64,000 bases of DNA from Candidatus Multivoradales bacterium. GTDB taxonomy: Bacteria; Acidobacteriota; Thermoanaerobaculia; Multivoradales; JAHEKO01. Below, piece by piece: positions 51,603 through 60,819 of the stretch. Under the pieces are notes generated by a model. It was given only the letters and a program-made list of their open reading frames with translations. It had not been told where the DNA came from and made no database searches. The stretch spans positions 448,001 to 512,000 of the forward strand of contig CBDCXM010000008.1 in the NCBI GenBank assembly GCA_965223855.1. The letters run 5' to 3'. The position numbers and the translations under genes were made by a program. Numbering within the stretch: the stretch's first letter is position 1; every line of letters starts with the position of its first letter.

Positions 51603-52868
51603 ATGGGGCAGGAAAGCCAGCCATCGCACCGTTGGACTCTACGGACCCTGGCGCTCTACGTCTGGCTTTCGAGCGGCTGGGCGGGGCCGGCGGCCGGCAT
51701 CGACCCGCACCTCGAGTGGGAGGGTGTCCTCAACGAGAAGGTGAAGCTGCTGGCGAGCGATGGTGCCGACGGGGACTTCTTCGGTACCGGAATCGCGATG
51801 GACGGAAACACCCTGGTGATCGCTGCGCCAGGGGATGACGACGGAGGTGACGCCTCCGGTTCCCTCTACGTCTTCCTCCGACAGGGCGGGACCTGGACGG
51901 AGGCCGCGAAGCTGGTCGCGAGCACCCCGGCCGATTTCGACCAGCTCGGTCTCTACGTGGCGGTCGCGGGCGACACGGTCGCTGCCACGGTGTTCGATGC
52001 TCGCGGAACCGTCCACGTCTTCGAGCGCCCTCCCGGGGGTTGGAGCGGCACCGTCACCGAGGTGGCCACTCTGCTACCGGCCGACGGCAGTTCCAACAAC
52101 ACCGACCACATCGCTGCCGAAGGGGACACGATCTTCGTCGGCGGCTTCGTGCCCGCGGCGGGCATCGGGACGGTCTTCGTCTACGAGCGCCTGCCGGAGG
52201 CTGGGCCGGGGTGGTGAACGAGTCCGCCGAGCTGCGACAGAGCGACGGCATCCTTTCGGACACGTTTCCCGGGCAGCTCGGTCTCCGGCGACACCGTCGT
52301 TGCCGTTGCCCGCTGTGCGGACAACGGTGGCAACTCCGGATCGGCGACGTGTTCGAGGCTCCTGCCGGCGGGTGGACCGGGGTCGTAAACGAGTCGGCTC
52401 TGGCGAGCCCGACGGATGACGTCTTCGGAGCTCACACTGCGCCGACACGGTGGTCGTCGGCGCCTTTCGCGCCGTCGGCCAGGCGGGCGCAGATCTTCGA
52501 GGAGCCAGCGGGAGGGTGGGCTGGAACTCTGACCGAGACTGCCCGCCTGGAGCCCTCGGACCTCGCACCTTCGAGTTCGGTTCGGTCGCCATCGACGGCG
52601 AGACCGTGGTCGGCGGTTCGTCCCGGGACGACGAGCCTCGCGGGGTCGATGTCTTCGAGCGCCCGGCCGGCGGATGGACGGGGACGGTTGCCGAATCGGC
52701 CAAGCTGCTGGCCAGCGACTGGAGCCGAGCCGATGGCGCACGGTCCTCGAGACAGTGGGCCGACCAGAACGGCGACCAGGCCGGCGCGGACGTCTTCGAG
52801 GCTCCATGATCTTCACCGACGGCTTCGAGTCCGGCGACACCTCGAGCTGGTCCAGTACCGTCCCCTGA
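51603..52868 (+). pseudogene. Tandem paralogue of the FG-GAP protein, multiply frameshifted after about 52190
   Basis: Same N-terminus (DP.LEW.GVLNE.VKLLASDG). Fragments continue in three frames and end IFTDGFESGDTSSWSSTVP-stop. About 84 nt shorter than the intact copy. Confidence 0.75.
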
Positions 52869-52925
52869 GCGGGACGCCGAGAGCACCCCGGTTCGAGCCG
52901 GCTCTCATCCCCTGCGCCGATTTCA

Positions 52926-53104
52926 GCCCCCGGCCGCCCGTGAGCGCCGAGGGGGGCCTGAGCCGAGCCCGAAAGCCGCTCAGACACTGACCGGCCCCCC
53001 GGGCCACGGCGAAGGAGCGCGCGCCGCCCACCCAACTGCCGAGGACGCGCGACGCCCTCCTCGGGCTCAGCCTTCGGGCTGCCGCGGGCCGGCATCCTCG
53101 CGAT
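52926..53104. repeat. Palindromic repeat family 2, copy A
   Basis: Shares TGAGCGCCGAGGGGGG, CTGAGCCGAGCCCGAAAGCC, GGCGAAGGAGCGCGC, CCTCGGGCTCAG.CTTCGG and GGGCCGGCATC.TCGCGAT with 62259-62433. Confidence 0.8.
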
Positions 53105-53564
53105 GTCCGCCGTCCGGAGCTCTGGAGCCCAAGAGCGCCGACCTCAGATCGAGGCACGCCGACTCCAGGGGTGACAGAGGCTCGACTCCAGGGAGACGCC
53201 GTCTGCCGAGCCGGCGATCGAGAATCGCGAGCGCTCGAAGTACCGCGTCGTCGGTAGCCAGAGCCCTTTCGACCGTGAGCGACTGGAACGCTTCCACCGA
53301 CGCCCGGAACTGCTCCGGCTTGTGCCGCCCCTCGCGTTGGAGGAGGCGTCGGACCTCCTGCTGAGATCGCCCCTCGGCCATGAGTGGCCCTTCGAGCTTC
53401 CAGTACGAGACATCGTCCATGCCGGCGATCTCGCTACCGTCAATCAGGACCGCCCAGCGCCAGACCTCCACCGTCCGGTAACCGGTGAGGAACAGGTCTA
53501 CCCGAGGGCGAACCCCCGGCTCCCACCGTTCCCGCGCGACGGTCCTGAGCTTCGACCACCTCAC
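53067..53564 (-). CDS. Hypothetical protein (SF0329-like family)
   Basis: MRWSKL...RV.....YR...W..IDG.EI...LAILDRRLGRRRL; stop codon lies inside repeat family 2. Confidence 0.65.
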   Translation of the reverse strand: MRWSKLRTVARERWEPGVRPRVDLFLTGYRTVEVWRWAVLIDGSEIAGMDDVSYWKLEGPLMAEGRSQQEVRRLLQREGRHKPEQFRASVEAFQSLTVERALATDDAVLRALAILDRRLGRRRLPGVEPLSPLESACLDLRSALLGSRAPDGGHREDAGPRQPEG

Positions 53565-53583
53565 ATCCTCAGAGTCTTCCCGG

Positions 53584-53994
53584 TCACCCGTCCTTCGCCA
53601 CCAGAAGTGCCAGCAGCGCCAGCAACAGACACAACGGCGAGAACAGAAGGTCATCCCAGAGGGCGAAGCGGGTGCCGCGCCGGCGCTTCGTGAAGCCGAC
53701 CCAACGCAGATCGCCGAAGGCGCGCACTCCAAACACAACCGCCACCGCGAGCGTTCCGTAGCGGGTCCAGCCGGAGCTTCCGGTGCCGATCAGGCCGGCG
53801 TGAAGCGCCACGACACCCGCGAAAGCGACCAGACCGAGCGCCACGGCCATCGTCCCTGCAGGCCCCGGCTGGAAGAGCGGCTCGCCGTCCGACTCCGGAA
53901 CCGTCACCGACTTCCCCACCGAACCGCCCAGCGCCCAGTAAACGTGCAGAGCGGCGATCACCAGCAGTAGCCCTACCAGCGATCCGACGATCAT
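53584..53994 (-). CDS. DUF3995 membrane protein
   Basis: ALHVYWALGG, RAFGD...GFTK, FA.WD..LFSPLCL. Confidence 0.85.
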   Translation of the reverse strand: MIVGSLVGLLLVIAALHVYWALGGSVGKSVTVPESDGEPLFQPGPAGTMAVALGLVAFAGVVALHAGLIGTGSSGWTRYGTLAVAVVFGVRAFGDLRWVGFTKRRRGTRFALWDDLLFSPLCLLLALLALLVAKDG

Positions 53995-54014
53995 CGGTCT
54001 TCCACCCGAGCCCT

Positions 54015-55565
54015 CTACTCCAACCTATCGGTCTCGCGCACGAACCGCGCCAGATCTTCCCGGAACTTCACCAGCGACGGCTCGTGGAGGTACATCATGT
54101 GTCCCGCTTCGTAGAGTTCGAGGTGAATCCGCTCGCGTACTTCCGGAGCGACGTCGAGGTGCTCGACGTCGTGCTTGGTGGCGAGCGTCGGGGTCGCGAG
54201 ATCGTAGTAGCCCTGCTGGACGAGGAGGTGCAGCCCGGGGTTCATCGTCAGAGCCATGGCGAGATCGCTGCGCAGGTTCGCCCACGGCTCGACCCAGCCG
54301 CCCGAGGTCGGCGGCCGGTGGCCCCAGTCCCAGTCGGAGACGCCGCCCATGATCTGGTAGGTCTCCTCACGCCCGAAGTCGAGCTCGCCGTGCATGTAGT
54401 CGAGAAAGGCGGCGGTGAACGCCGGGCCGACCGCGGGGAAGAACGGGTCGTAGTCCATCTCCTCGGAGAGCGGGTTGACCGACGGGCCGATGAAGCGCGA
54501 GTCGATGCGACCTGCGATGCGCCGTTCATCCCGCTTGAGCTCCTGAACGAACTGCGTGTGGCTCACCCGGAGGTCGGCCTTCAGCCAGTAGTCCGCCGAG
54601 GTCCCCGTGTAGGCGGCGAGCTTCGCCGCCACCGCCTGCTTCTCGTCGTCCGCGATCGTGTACCCCTTGAGGAGCGCCGGTGCGTACTCGTCGTAGGCGA
54701 AGCGCTCGACCTCCTCGTGAAACGCCTCGAGGTCGGGCTGATCGGGCACCATGCCGTGGTACCAGGCGGTCGCCGCGAGCGTCGGCAGGTAGAGGACGTG
54801 CGGCAGGTCGATGCCGCCACCGTCGATCCCCGATCCCATGTTGAGGAAGGGCGAGACGACGACCACGCCGTTGAAGTTCATCCCGTGGACCGTCTGCAGG
54901 TGCCAGACGAGCCCGGCGCTGCGCACACCGCCGTAGCTCTCGCCGAGGATGTACTTGGGCGACGCCCAGCGACCGTTGAGGGTGACGTACTCCTTGACGA
55001 ACGAGCCGACCGAGCGGATGTCCTGATCGACCCCCCAGAAGTCCTTGCCCGTCGCCTCACCGAGCGGCTTGCTGAAGCCGGTGCCGACCGGATCGACCAT
55101 CACCAGATCGGTCACGTCGAGGATGCTGTACTCGTTGTCGACCCGCATCGCCGGCGGCGGCGGCGCGTACCCCTCGTCCTCGACCACCACCCGCTGCGGG
55201 CCGAGCACCCCCATGTGGAGCCAGATGGAAGACGAGCCCGGCCCGCCGTTGAAGGCGAACATGACCGGCCTCCGGCTGAGGTCGTCGACGCCGTCGCGGG
55301 TGTAGGCGGTGTAGCCGAACCTTGCGATCGGCTCGTCCTTTTCGCTCTCGAGGATCAGCCAGCCGGCGGTCGCCGTGTAGTCGATGCGCTGGCCGTCGAT
55401 GGTGACCCGGTGGCGGGTCTCGGAAGAAGCCGCCTCCGGCTTCTCCGCCGCCATCTCCTTCTCCATCCCGGAGCCCGCCTCTTCGGCGTGGACGGGTGCG
55501 AGGGCGAGCAGAGCGACGAAAACGAAGACGAGGGCGATGCGAGAACTCGGAGACGCTGGAGACAT
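54015..55565 (-). CDS. Secreted S10 family serine carboxypeptidase
   Basis: FNGGPGSSS.WLHMG, DPVGTGFS, GESYGG, GYYDLATP, YEAGHMMY. Confidence 0.93.
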   Translation of the reverse strand: MSPASPSSRIALVFVFVALLALAPVHAEEAGSGMEKEMAAEKPEAASSETRHRVTIDGQRIDYTATAGWLILESEKDEPIARFGYTAYTRDGVDDLSRRPVMFAFNGGPGSSSIWLHMGVLGPQRVVVEDEGYAPPPPAMRVDNEYSILDVTDLVMVDPVGTGFSKPLGEATGKDFWGVDQDIRSVGSFVKEYVTLNGRWASPKYILGESYGGVRSAGLVWHLQTVHGMNFNGVVVVSPFLNMGSGIDGGGIDLPHVLYLPTLAATAWYHGMVPDQPDLEAFHEEVERFAYDEYAPALLKGYTIADDEKQAVAAKLAAYTGTSADYWLKADLRVSHTQFVQELKRDERRIAGRIDSRFIGPSVNPLSEEMDYDPFFPAVGPAFTAAFLDYMHGELDFGREETYQIMGGVSDWDWGHRPPTSGGWVEPWANLRSDLAMALTMNPGLHLLVQQGYYDLATPTLATKHDVEHLDVAPEVRERIHLELYEAGHMMYLHEPSLVKFREDLARFVRETDRLE

Positions 55566-55655
55566 CGAGGAACCTCCGGGAGAAGGCGCATGAGCGCGGA
55601 ACTGGTGAGACGAGCGGGCAGTCTAGCAACCGGTCCCTGTGGCCGGGCCGCGTTC

Positions 55656-56042
55656 TCAGCCCACCTGACGCCAGCCGCCGGCGACATGCAGCATCGCTCC
55701 GGCTCCGAAGGCGTACAGTCCTAGACTGCTCCAGGCGGAACGGCCGAGGCCGCCGATCGGCTCGACGACGAAGGCGGCGATCAGGAGCACGCTCGCCAAG
55801 CCGAGAAGCCCGCTTCCCGCTGCCTGCGACCGGCGTCTCCAACCGGCGGCGAACGGGGTCAGATACGTCGCCAGCAGCAGATGGGCGAGGGCGAGCCCCA
55901 GCATGTAGATGTGCCGCGAGACGAAGAGCATGTGCTCGCCGCCGGGGAGGGTCTCGAGCCGGGTGAAGAGCCTCATGTAGGCCCCCGAACCGAGGAACGC
56001 CACCAAGGTCAGGGCACCGAAGATCGCATGGGTGCGCCTCAT
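55656..56042 (-). CDS. Hypothetical 4-TM membrane protein
   Basis: Four hydrophobic helices; FL.SG.YM...SRHIY pattern. Confidence 0.7.
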   Translation of the reverse strand: MRRTHAIFGALTLVAFLGSGAYMRLFTRLETLPGGEHMLFVSRHIYMLGLALAHLLLATYLTPFAAGWRRRSQAAGSGLLGLASVLLIAAFVVEPIGGLGRSAWSSLGLYAFGAGAMLHVAGGWRQVG

Positions 56043-56062
56043 CGCCGCTTCATCGTACTCGC

Positions 56063-56260
56063 TGGCCCGAACTTCTCACGCCGGTGTGCTCTGGAAGGCC
56101 GTAGGTTGCTGAAGATACAAGGCTTCCGGTTGCGAGCACCGGAGACATAGCCTTAGCTACGCCGAGGAACGCAGTGACCGGGAAACGCAGTAGATTCAGT
56201 GACATACGGTCTTCCTGACTAGTCCGTCGCACAGTGCAGCGGCGGGAGATGCTCAGGCTA
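56063..56260. repeat. Palindromic MITE/RPE-like element, family 1, copy B (opposite orientation)
   Basis: Reverse complement aligns with 10820-11002; ungapped 114-nt core with about 18 mismatches by hand count. Confidence 0.8.
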
Positions 56261-56270
56261 GACTTCCCGG

Positions 56271-56807
56271 GTGACGAAGCCGCTGGTACTGCTGATCGAT
56301 CGACGGTGGGACGGAGCACCGATCGCCTCGGCGGAACGGGCCGGCGTGACGCTCGCCACCCTTGCCGGCGGATGGGAGATCGTGGTCGAGGCGCCTTTCC
56401 ACGACGACCCGCCGCCCGAAGGTTCTCCGGGATCGACCGACGGGCTCTGGAACCACGAGGTCGTCGAACTGTTCGTCGCGGTATGCGGGCCGTCGGACCG
56501 CGTGCGCTACACCGAGATCGAGCTTTCGCCCCACGGCCACCACCTGGTGCTCGACTTCCGCGGCGTCCGCCGGCGCCAGGCCGTCGTCCAACCGCTGTCG
56601 ATGACCGCCGGGATCGAGGGTGCGAGATGGCACGCTCGGATGGCGCTGCCGCTCGACGCCCTGCCGCCGCAACCGTGGCGGGTCAACGCCTTCGCCATCC
56701 ACGGCGTGGGAAGGCATCGACGCTACCTGGCGGCCTTCCCAGTCCCAGGAGAACGGCCCGACTTCCACCAGCCGGCGGCCTTCCCGATGGCCGGAGGTCT
56801 CCCCTGA
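56271..56807 (+). CDS. UPF0462 / C4orf33-like protein
   Basis: WDG, APF.D.PP, LW.HEVVELF, Y.EIELSPHGHHLVL, NAFAIHG, PVP..PDFH, in the same order as human C4orf33 as I recall it. Confidence 0.8.
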   Translation: MTKPLVLLIDRRWDGAPIASAERAGVTLATLAGGWEIVVEAPFHDDPPPEGSPGSTDGLWNHEVVELFVAVCGPSDRVRYTEIELSPHGHHLVLDFRGVRRRQAVVQPLSMTAGIEGARWHARMALPLDALPPQPWRVNAFAIHGVGRHRRYLAAFPVPGERPDFHQPAAFPMAGGLP

Positions 56808-56814
56808 CACGAGG

Positions 56815-57975
56815 TCAGGGCTCGAGAGCGGCCCGGAAGCGCTCACCGAGGCCGGAGAGCCGCTCGATGGGTTCGTTCGAGAACACGAGACGAACATAGC
56901 GAGCCACAACGTCGCTCCCCCAGTTCGTCATCGGCGTCGCCGCCACCTTGCCGTGCTCGAGCAGACGCCGCGACGCCTCGGCGCCGGACAGCCCGAGCGG
57001 CGCAACATCCACCAGCAGCGACCAGCCTCCCTGCGGGGGGATCGCGACGAAGCCGGCCAGCTCCTCGAGAACCCGATCGCGCCGCCGCTGCCACTCGGCG
57101 ACGCAGGTCGCGATGCCGTCGTCCGGGTCGTCGATCGCCGCCGCCACCGCGCCCATGGCAATGCCGGTCTGGCAGACGACGTTGGTGAGGCTCACCCTGG
57201 CCACATCCGCCAGGATCGGCGCCGGACCGACGACCCAGCCGGTTCGCCAGCCGATCATCCGGTACTCCTTGGAGGCGGAGCCGACCGTAATCACCCGCTC
57301 GCGCATCTCCGGAAGCGACGCCGGATGGAGCACCTCGCGACCGTCAAAGAGCAGTCGCTCCATCGCCGCGTCATGGATCCACCAGGCGTCGGCGCGGCGG
57401 CAGAAGTCGGCCAGCGCCTCCGTCTCGGCCCGGTCGAACACCGAGCCGGTCGGCATCGACGGGCTCATCAGCAGCGCCGCCGTCACCGGCCCCGGGTCGA
57501 TCGAGCTCAGCGCGTCGGTGTCGAGCCGCCAGCCATCCACCCCGGGGACCAGCGGCACGAAGCGCGGCACCCCGCCGACCAGCCGCACCCGGTTGATCAG
57601 ACCGACGTAGGTCGGGTCGGTCAGCAGCACTTCGTCGCCCGGCTCGATCGTCGCCAGGAGCACGTTGAGGATGCCGGCCAGGCCGCCGGCGCTCGCCACG
57701 CACTCCGTCGCCCAGTCGTACTCGCGCCTGCTCAGCCGCGATACCAGAGCGGTGGCCGACCGGCGGGTCGAATCGAGGCCGACGAACGGCAGATAGCTGT
57801 TGGCGTCGTCGTCGTCGATCGCCTGCTTCGTGAAGTCGAGCGCCGACTGTGGCGGGCGCAGGTCGGTGTCGAGGTTCTCGAGGCGGAGGACGTCCGGATC
57901 GTCGAGACGGTCGGCCAGGGCGCCGAGGTCCTCGACGCCGATTCGGGTTACGTGTTGGAGTCGGGAGACCGGCAT
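56815..57975 (-). CDS. PLP-dependent aminotransferase class I/II
   Basis: EPGDEVLL.DPTY, PSMPTG, HDAAME, GSASKEYRMIGWRTGW. Confidence 0.9.
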   Translation of the reverse strand: MPVSRLQHVTRIGVEDLGALADRLDDPDVLRLENLDTDLRPPQSALDFTKQAIDDDDANSYLPFVGLDSTRRSATALVSRLSRREYDWATECVASAGGLAGILNVLLATIEPGDEVLLTDPTYVGLINRVRLVGGVPRFVPLVPGVDGWRLDTDALSSIDPGPVTAALLMSPSMPTGSVFDRAETEALADFCRRADAWWIHDAAMERLLFDGREVLHPASLPEMRERVITVGSASKEYRMIGWRTGWVVGPAPILADVARVSLTNVVCQTGIAMGAVAAAIDDPDDGIATCVAEWQRRRDRVLEELAGFVAIPPQGGWSLLVDVAPLGLSGAEASRRLLEHGKVAATPMTNWGSDVVARYVRLVFSNEPIERLSGLGERFRAALEP

Positions 57976-58009
57976 CGAGTCACACGAGCAGAGGGAAGAG
58001 TGGCTGGCT

Positions 58010-58570
58010 CTAGTCCGCGCCCCGGTAGGCAGCTCGAAGCCATGCTTTCAGCTCGTCGTCCACGTCGTCGGGCTCGCCGAGTCTCACCCGATGACTCACC
58101 ATCGAGTTGAAGCTCCCCGAAGCTTCCAAGCGCCCATCCGGGTCCGTGTCAGGAAGCTTCAGCCCCAGATCGACCCGGGACTTCGTCGACGGCTGGACGA
58201 GCCCGAACTGCTTCTTGCGCCGCAGGCTGACGTAGGCCTTCTTCGGAGCCAACTCGACATCGTCGCCGAACCCCCGGACGATCTCGACGATGCGGTCGTA
58301 GATCGGTCGCAACGCCTCCTTGCCCTCGTACTGCGAAGCAACGAGGTCGGCGTCGTCCGCGTGGATCGCCCCCGACTTCTTCGATTCGTGGGCGATCAGG
58401 TTAGCGTAGCCGTGGGTGACGCCGTGCTCGGTCTTGAGCAGCTTGACGATCTGGCCGTGCTTTTCGAGGCCGCTGGCGGCAACGACCTTCTTCCAGTGGT
58501 CGAGCGGCGCCCCTGTCTTGGCCTCGACGTTGTCGAGCATGGACTGGGCTTGTTCTTCGGGAGTGGGCAT
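58010..58570 (-). CDS. DUF4287 + DUF5655 domain protein
   Basis: N.E.KTG...W...LK.EHG.THGYANLI; APKKAYVSLRRKKQF; VDDEL.AWLR.AY. Confidence 0.88.
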   Translation of the reverse strand: MPTPEEQAQSMLDNVEAKTGAPLDHWKKVVAASGLEKHGQIVKLLKTEHGVTHGYANLIAHESKKSGAIHADDADLVASQYEGKEALRPIYDRIVEIVRGFGDDVELAPKKAYVSLRRKKQFGLVQPSTKSRVDLGLKLPDTDPDGRLEASGSFNSMVSHRVRLGEPDDVDDELKAWLRAAYRGAD

Positions 58571-58615
58571 GGCTCGTCTCTTCCGGGGCTGCTCCTCTGG
58601 GGCTCGGCGCCCGGA

Positions 58616-58813
58616 TCAGGCGGTGCCCGAGTCCCGCTGTGCGAGGAATTCCCGCAGCGCTCTGTCGACCGCCTCAGCATCCTTGAACTGCCGGGCGAGG
58701 TCCGGCTCCAACACGAGCACAGCGGCATCGGCGCGGAAGCGATCGGCGTACTTTCCGCGGACACCGCCGCGGAAGTCGTAGTGATCCCTCAAGTCGTCGT
58801 CTCGATCGCTCAT
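58616..58813 (-). CDS. BrnA-like antitoxin
   Basis: YDFRGGVRGKYA...LEPDLA..F...AV..ALR; 4-nt overlap with the toxin gene. Confidence 0.8.
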   Translation of the reverse strand: MSDRDDDLRDHYDFRGGVRGKYADRFRADAAVLVLEPDLARQFKDAEAVDRALREFLAQRDSGTA

Positions 58814-59091
58814 GCCCGTCCTTCGTAGTCGCGCCGCTCACGCCTGTTGGCCGGTCGCGCGCTGATCAACCGGATTCTACCGTCCACCTCGGTGTGCGAG
58901 ACCACCAGCAACCGCCGGCGACTCCCCATGCCGATCAAGAGGAAGCGCTCTTCGCCGATCGAATGGTCTGGATCGGGCACAGTGATCGAGAGCGGATCCG
59001 AGAAGGCCGCGATCGCTTCACCGAACGACACCCCGTGCCTCCTCAGGTTCCGGTCCCCCTTCGAGGAATCCCATTCGAATACGAGGCTCAC
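58810..59091 (-). CDS. brnT: BrnT family toxin (RNase)
   Basis: FEWD..K..NL.RHGVSF.EA..F.DP, HS..EERF..IG, IRLISAR.A..ER..Y. Confidence 0.92.
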   Translation of the reverse strand: MSLVFEWDSSKGDRNLRRHGVSFGEAIAAFSDPLSITVPDPDHSIGEERFLLIGMGSRRRLLVVSHTEVDGRIRLISARPANRRERRDYEGRA

Positions 59092-59152
59092 GCCCCACAC
59101 GACGCAGACGGCAGCTCGAATCGCACAGACGCCCGCTGTATCCTTGCCCGCC

Positions 59153-59929
59153 ATGCGCCTCGCCACCTGGAACATCAACGGCCTCCGCGCCCGTCTCGAC
59201 TTCGTCCTCCACTGGCTGGACGCCCGCTCTCCGGACGTCGTCGGCCTGCAGGAGCTCAAGCTCACCGACGAGCAGTTTCCGTACGACGAGATCGAGGCCG
59301 CCGGCTACAAGGCGGCGGTGCACGGGCAGAAGGCGTGGAACGGAGTGGCGATCCTCAGCCGCGAGGAGGGGGAAGTCACCCAGCGAGGCCTGCCCGGCGA
59401 GGAGGAGTTCGGCTCGCGGCTCGTCACCGCCCGGTTCGGTGATCTCTCGTTCACCACCGTCTACTGCCCCAACGGTAAGAGCGCCGACCACGACGATTAC
59501 CCGAAGAAGCTCGCCTGGTACGAGTCGCTGGCGGCTCATTGGCAGGCCGAGCACGCCGACGACGCGTCAGCGATCCTGTGCGGCGACTTCAACATCTGCC
59601 CAACCGAGCTCGACAGCCACCACCCGGCGGAGAAGACCGTCGGCCGGATCTTCCACACGCCGGACGAGCGCAGGCGCTACGAGGCGCTGCTGGACCTCGG
59701 GCTCACCGACCTCTACCGCGACCGCAACCCGGAGACGCGGATGTACTCGTGGTGGGACTACCGTGCCGGCTCGTTCCACATGAACAAGGGCCTCAGAATC
59801 GACTTCGTGCTCGGTACCGAGGCGATCCGCTCGCGTGTGGCGGACGTCGTCATCGACCGCGACTACCGCAAGAAGAAGGACGGCCTCACCGCCTCCGATC
59901 ACGCCCCGGTATGGGTCGATCTCGAGTAG
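59153..59929 (+). CDS. xth: Exodeoxyribonuclease III
   Basis: ATWNING, LQE.K, NGVAILS, Y.PNG, CGDFNI, YSWWDYR, GLRID, SDHAPV. Confidence 0.95.
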   Translation: MRLATWNINGLRARLDFVLHWLDARSPDVVGLQELKLTDEQFPYDEIEAAGYKAAVHGQKAWNGVAILSREEGEVTQRGLPGEEEFGSRLVTARFGDLSFTTVYCPNGKSADHDDYPKKLAWYESLAAHWQAEHADDASAILCGDFNICPTELDSHHPAEKTVGRIFHTPDERRRYEALLDLGLTDLYRDRNPETRMYSWWDYRAGSFHMNKGLRIDFVLGTEAIRSRVADVVIDRDYRKKKDGLTASDHAPVWVDLE

Positions 59930-59933
59930 AACG

Positions 59934-60611
59934 ATGAGCGACTCGCCCCTTCTCCCTTGCGTCGAGTTGCACCCGCCCAACGGCGGCGAGGCGACGAGCG
60001 CCGTGATCTGGCTTCACGGCCTCGGCGCCGACGGCAACGACTTCGTGCCGATCGTCCCCGAGCTCGGCCTGCCCGAGGGCCATGGCATCCGCTTCGTCTT
60101 CCCCCACGCGCCGAAGATCCCGGTGACGCTCAACGGCGGCTTCGTCATGCCCGCCTGGTACGACATCACCAGCCTCGACGCCCGGGGCCAGGACGAAGCG
60201 GGGATCCGAAAGTCGAGCAACGAGCTCGAGCGGCTGATCGACCGTGAAGTCGGGCGCGGCATCCCGACGGAGCGGATCGTCCTCGCCGGTTTCTCGCAGG
60301 GTGGCGCGATCGCCCTCTTCTGCGGCCTGCGTCTCGATCTCAAGCTCGCCGGCATCATGGCGCTCTCGACCTACCTGGTCGCTCCAGATGTGCTCGAGAC
60401 CGAGCGCCACGAGGCCAACGCGAAGACGCCGATCTTCCAGGCCCACGGCACCTTCGACCCGATGGTGCCGCACTCCCTGGCGATCAGGACTCGCGAGTGG
60501 CTCGAGGGACACGACTACGAGGTCGAGAGCCTCGACTACCCGATGGCCCACCAGGTCTGTCTCGAGGAGATCGAGGCGATCGGCAACTGGCTGCGGCGGA
60601 TCCTGGTCTGA
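59934..60611 (+). CDS. Phospholipase/carboxylesterase (alpha/beta hydrolase)
   Basis: VIWLHGLGADG, MPAWYDI, GFSQGG, HG..DP.VP, M.H.VC.EE. Confidence 0.93.
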   Translation: MSDSPLLPCVELHPPNGGEATSAVIWLHGLGADGNDFVPIVPELGLPEGHGIRFVFPHAPKIPVTLNGGFVMPAWYDITSLDARGQDEAGIRKSSNELERLIDREVGRGIPTERIVLAGFSQGGAIALFCGLRLDLKLAGIMALSTYLVAPDVLETERHEANAKTPIFQAHGTFDPMVPHSLAIRTREWLEGHDYEVESLDYPMAHQVCLEEIEAIGNWLRRILV

Positions 60612-60615
60612 CCTG

Positions 60616-60807
60616 TCAGCGCGGCGTGTAGCCGGCGCCGGCGATCGCTTCGCGCAGCCGCGCCTCGTCCGCCGTGCCGGCGACGCGAGCCAGCCCCGGG
60701 TCGAGGTCGACGTCGACCCCGGTCACCCCGTCGGTCGCCCGCAGCGCCTTCTCGACGTGATCGACGCAGGCGCCGCAGCTCATACCGTCGATCGCGATCT
60801 CGGTCAC
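60616..60807 (-). CDS. Heavy-metal-associated (CopZ-like) domain; either standalone or the frameshifted C-terminus of the permease
   Basis: IDGMSCGACV..VEKAL....GV...AI..AGY. Confidence 0.8.
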   Translation of the reverse strand: MTEIAIDGMSCGACVDHVEKALRATDGVTGVDVDLDPGLARVAGTADEARLREAIAGAGYTPR

Positions 60808-60819
60808 CGTGCCCTCCCG

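Noticed and set aside
52958-52976. Hammerhead ribozyme in repeat family 2 (CTGA...GAAA)
   Set aside because: CTGAGCCGAG does not match the CUGANGA core, and I could not build the three-stem junction.
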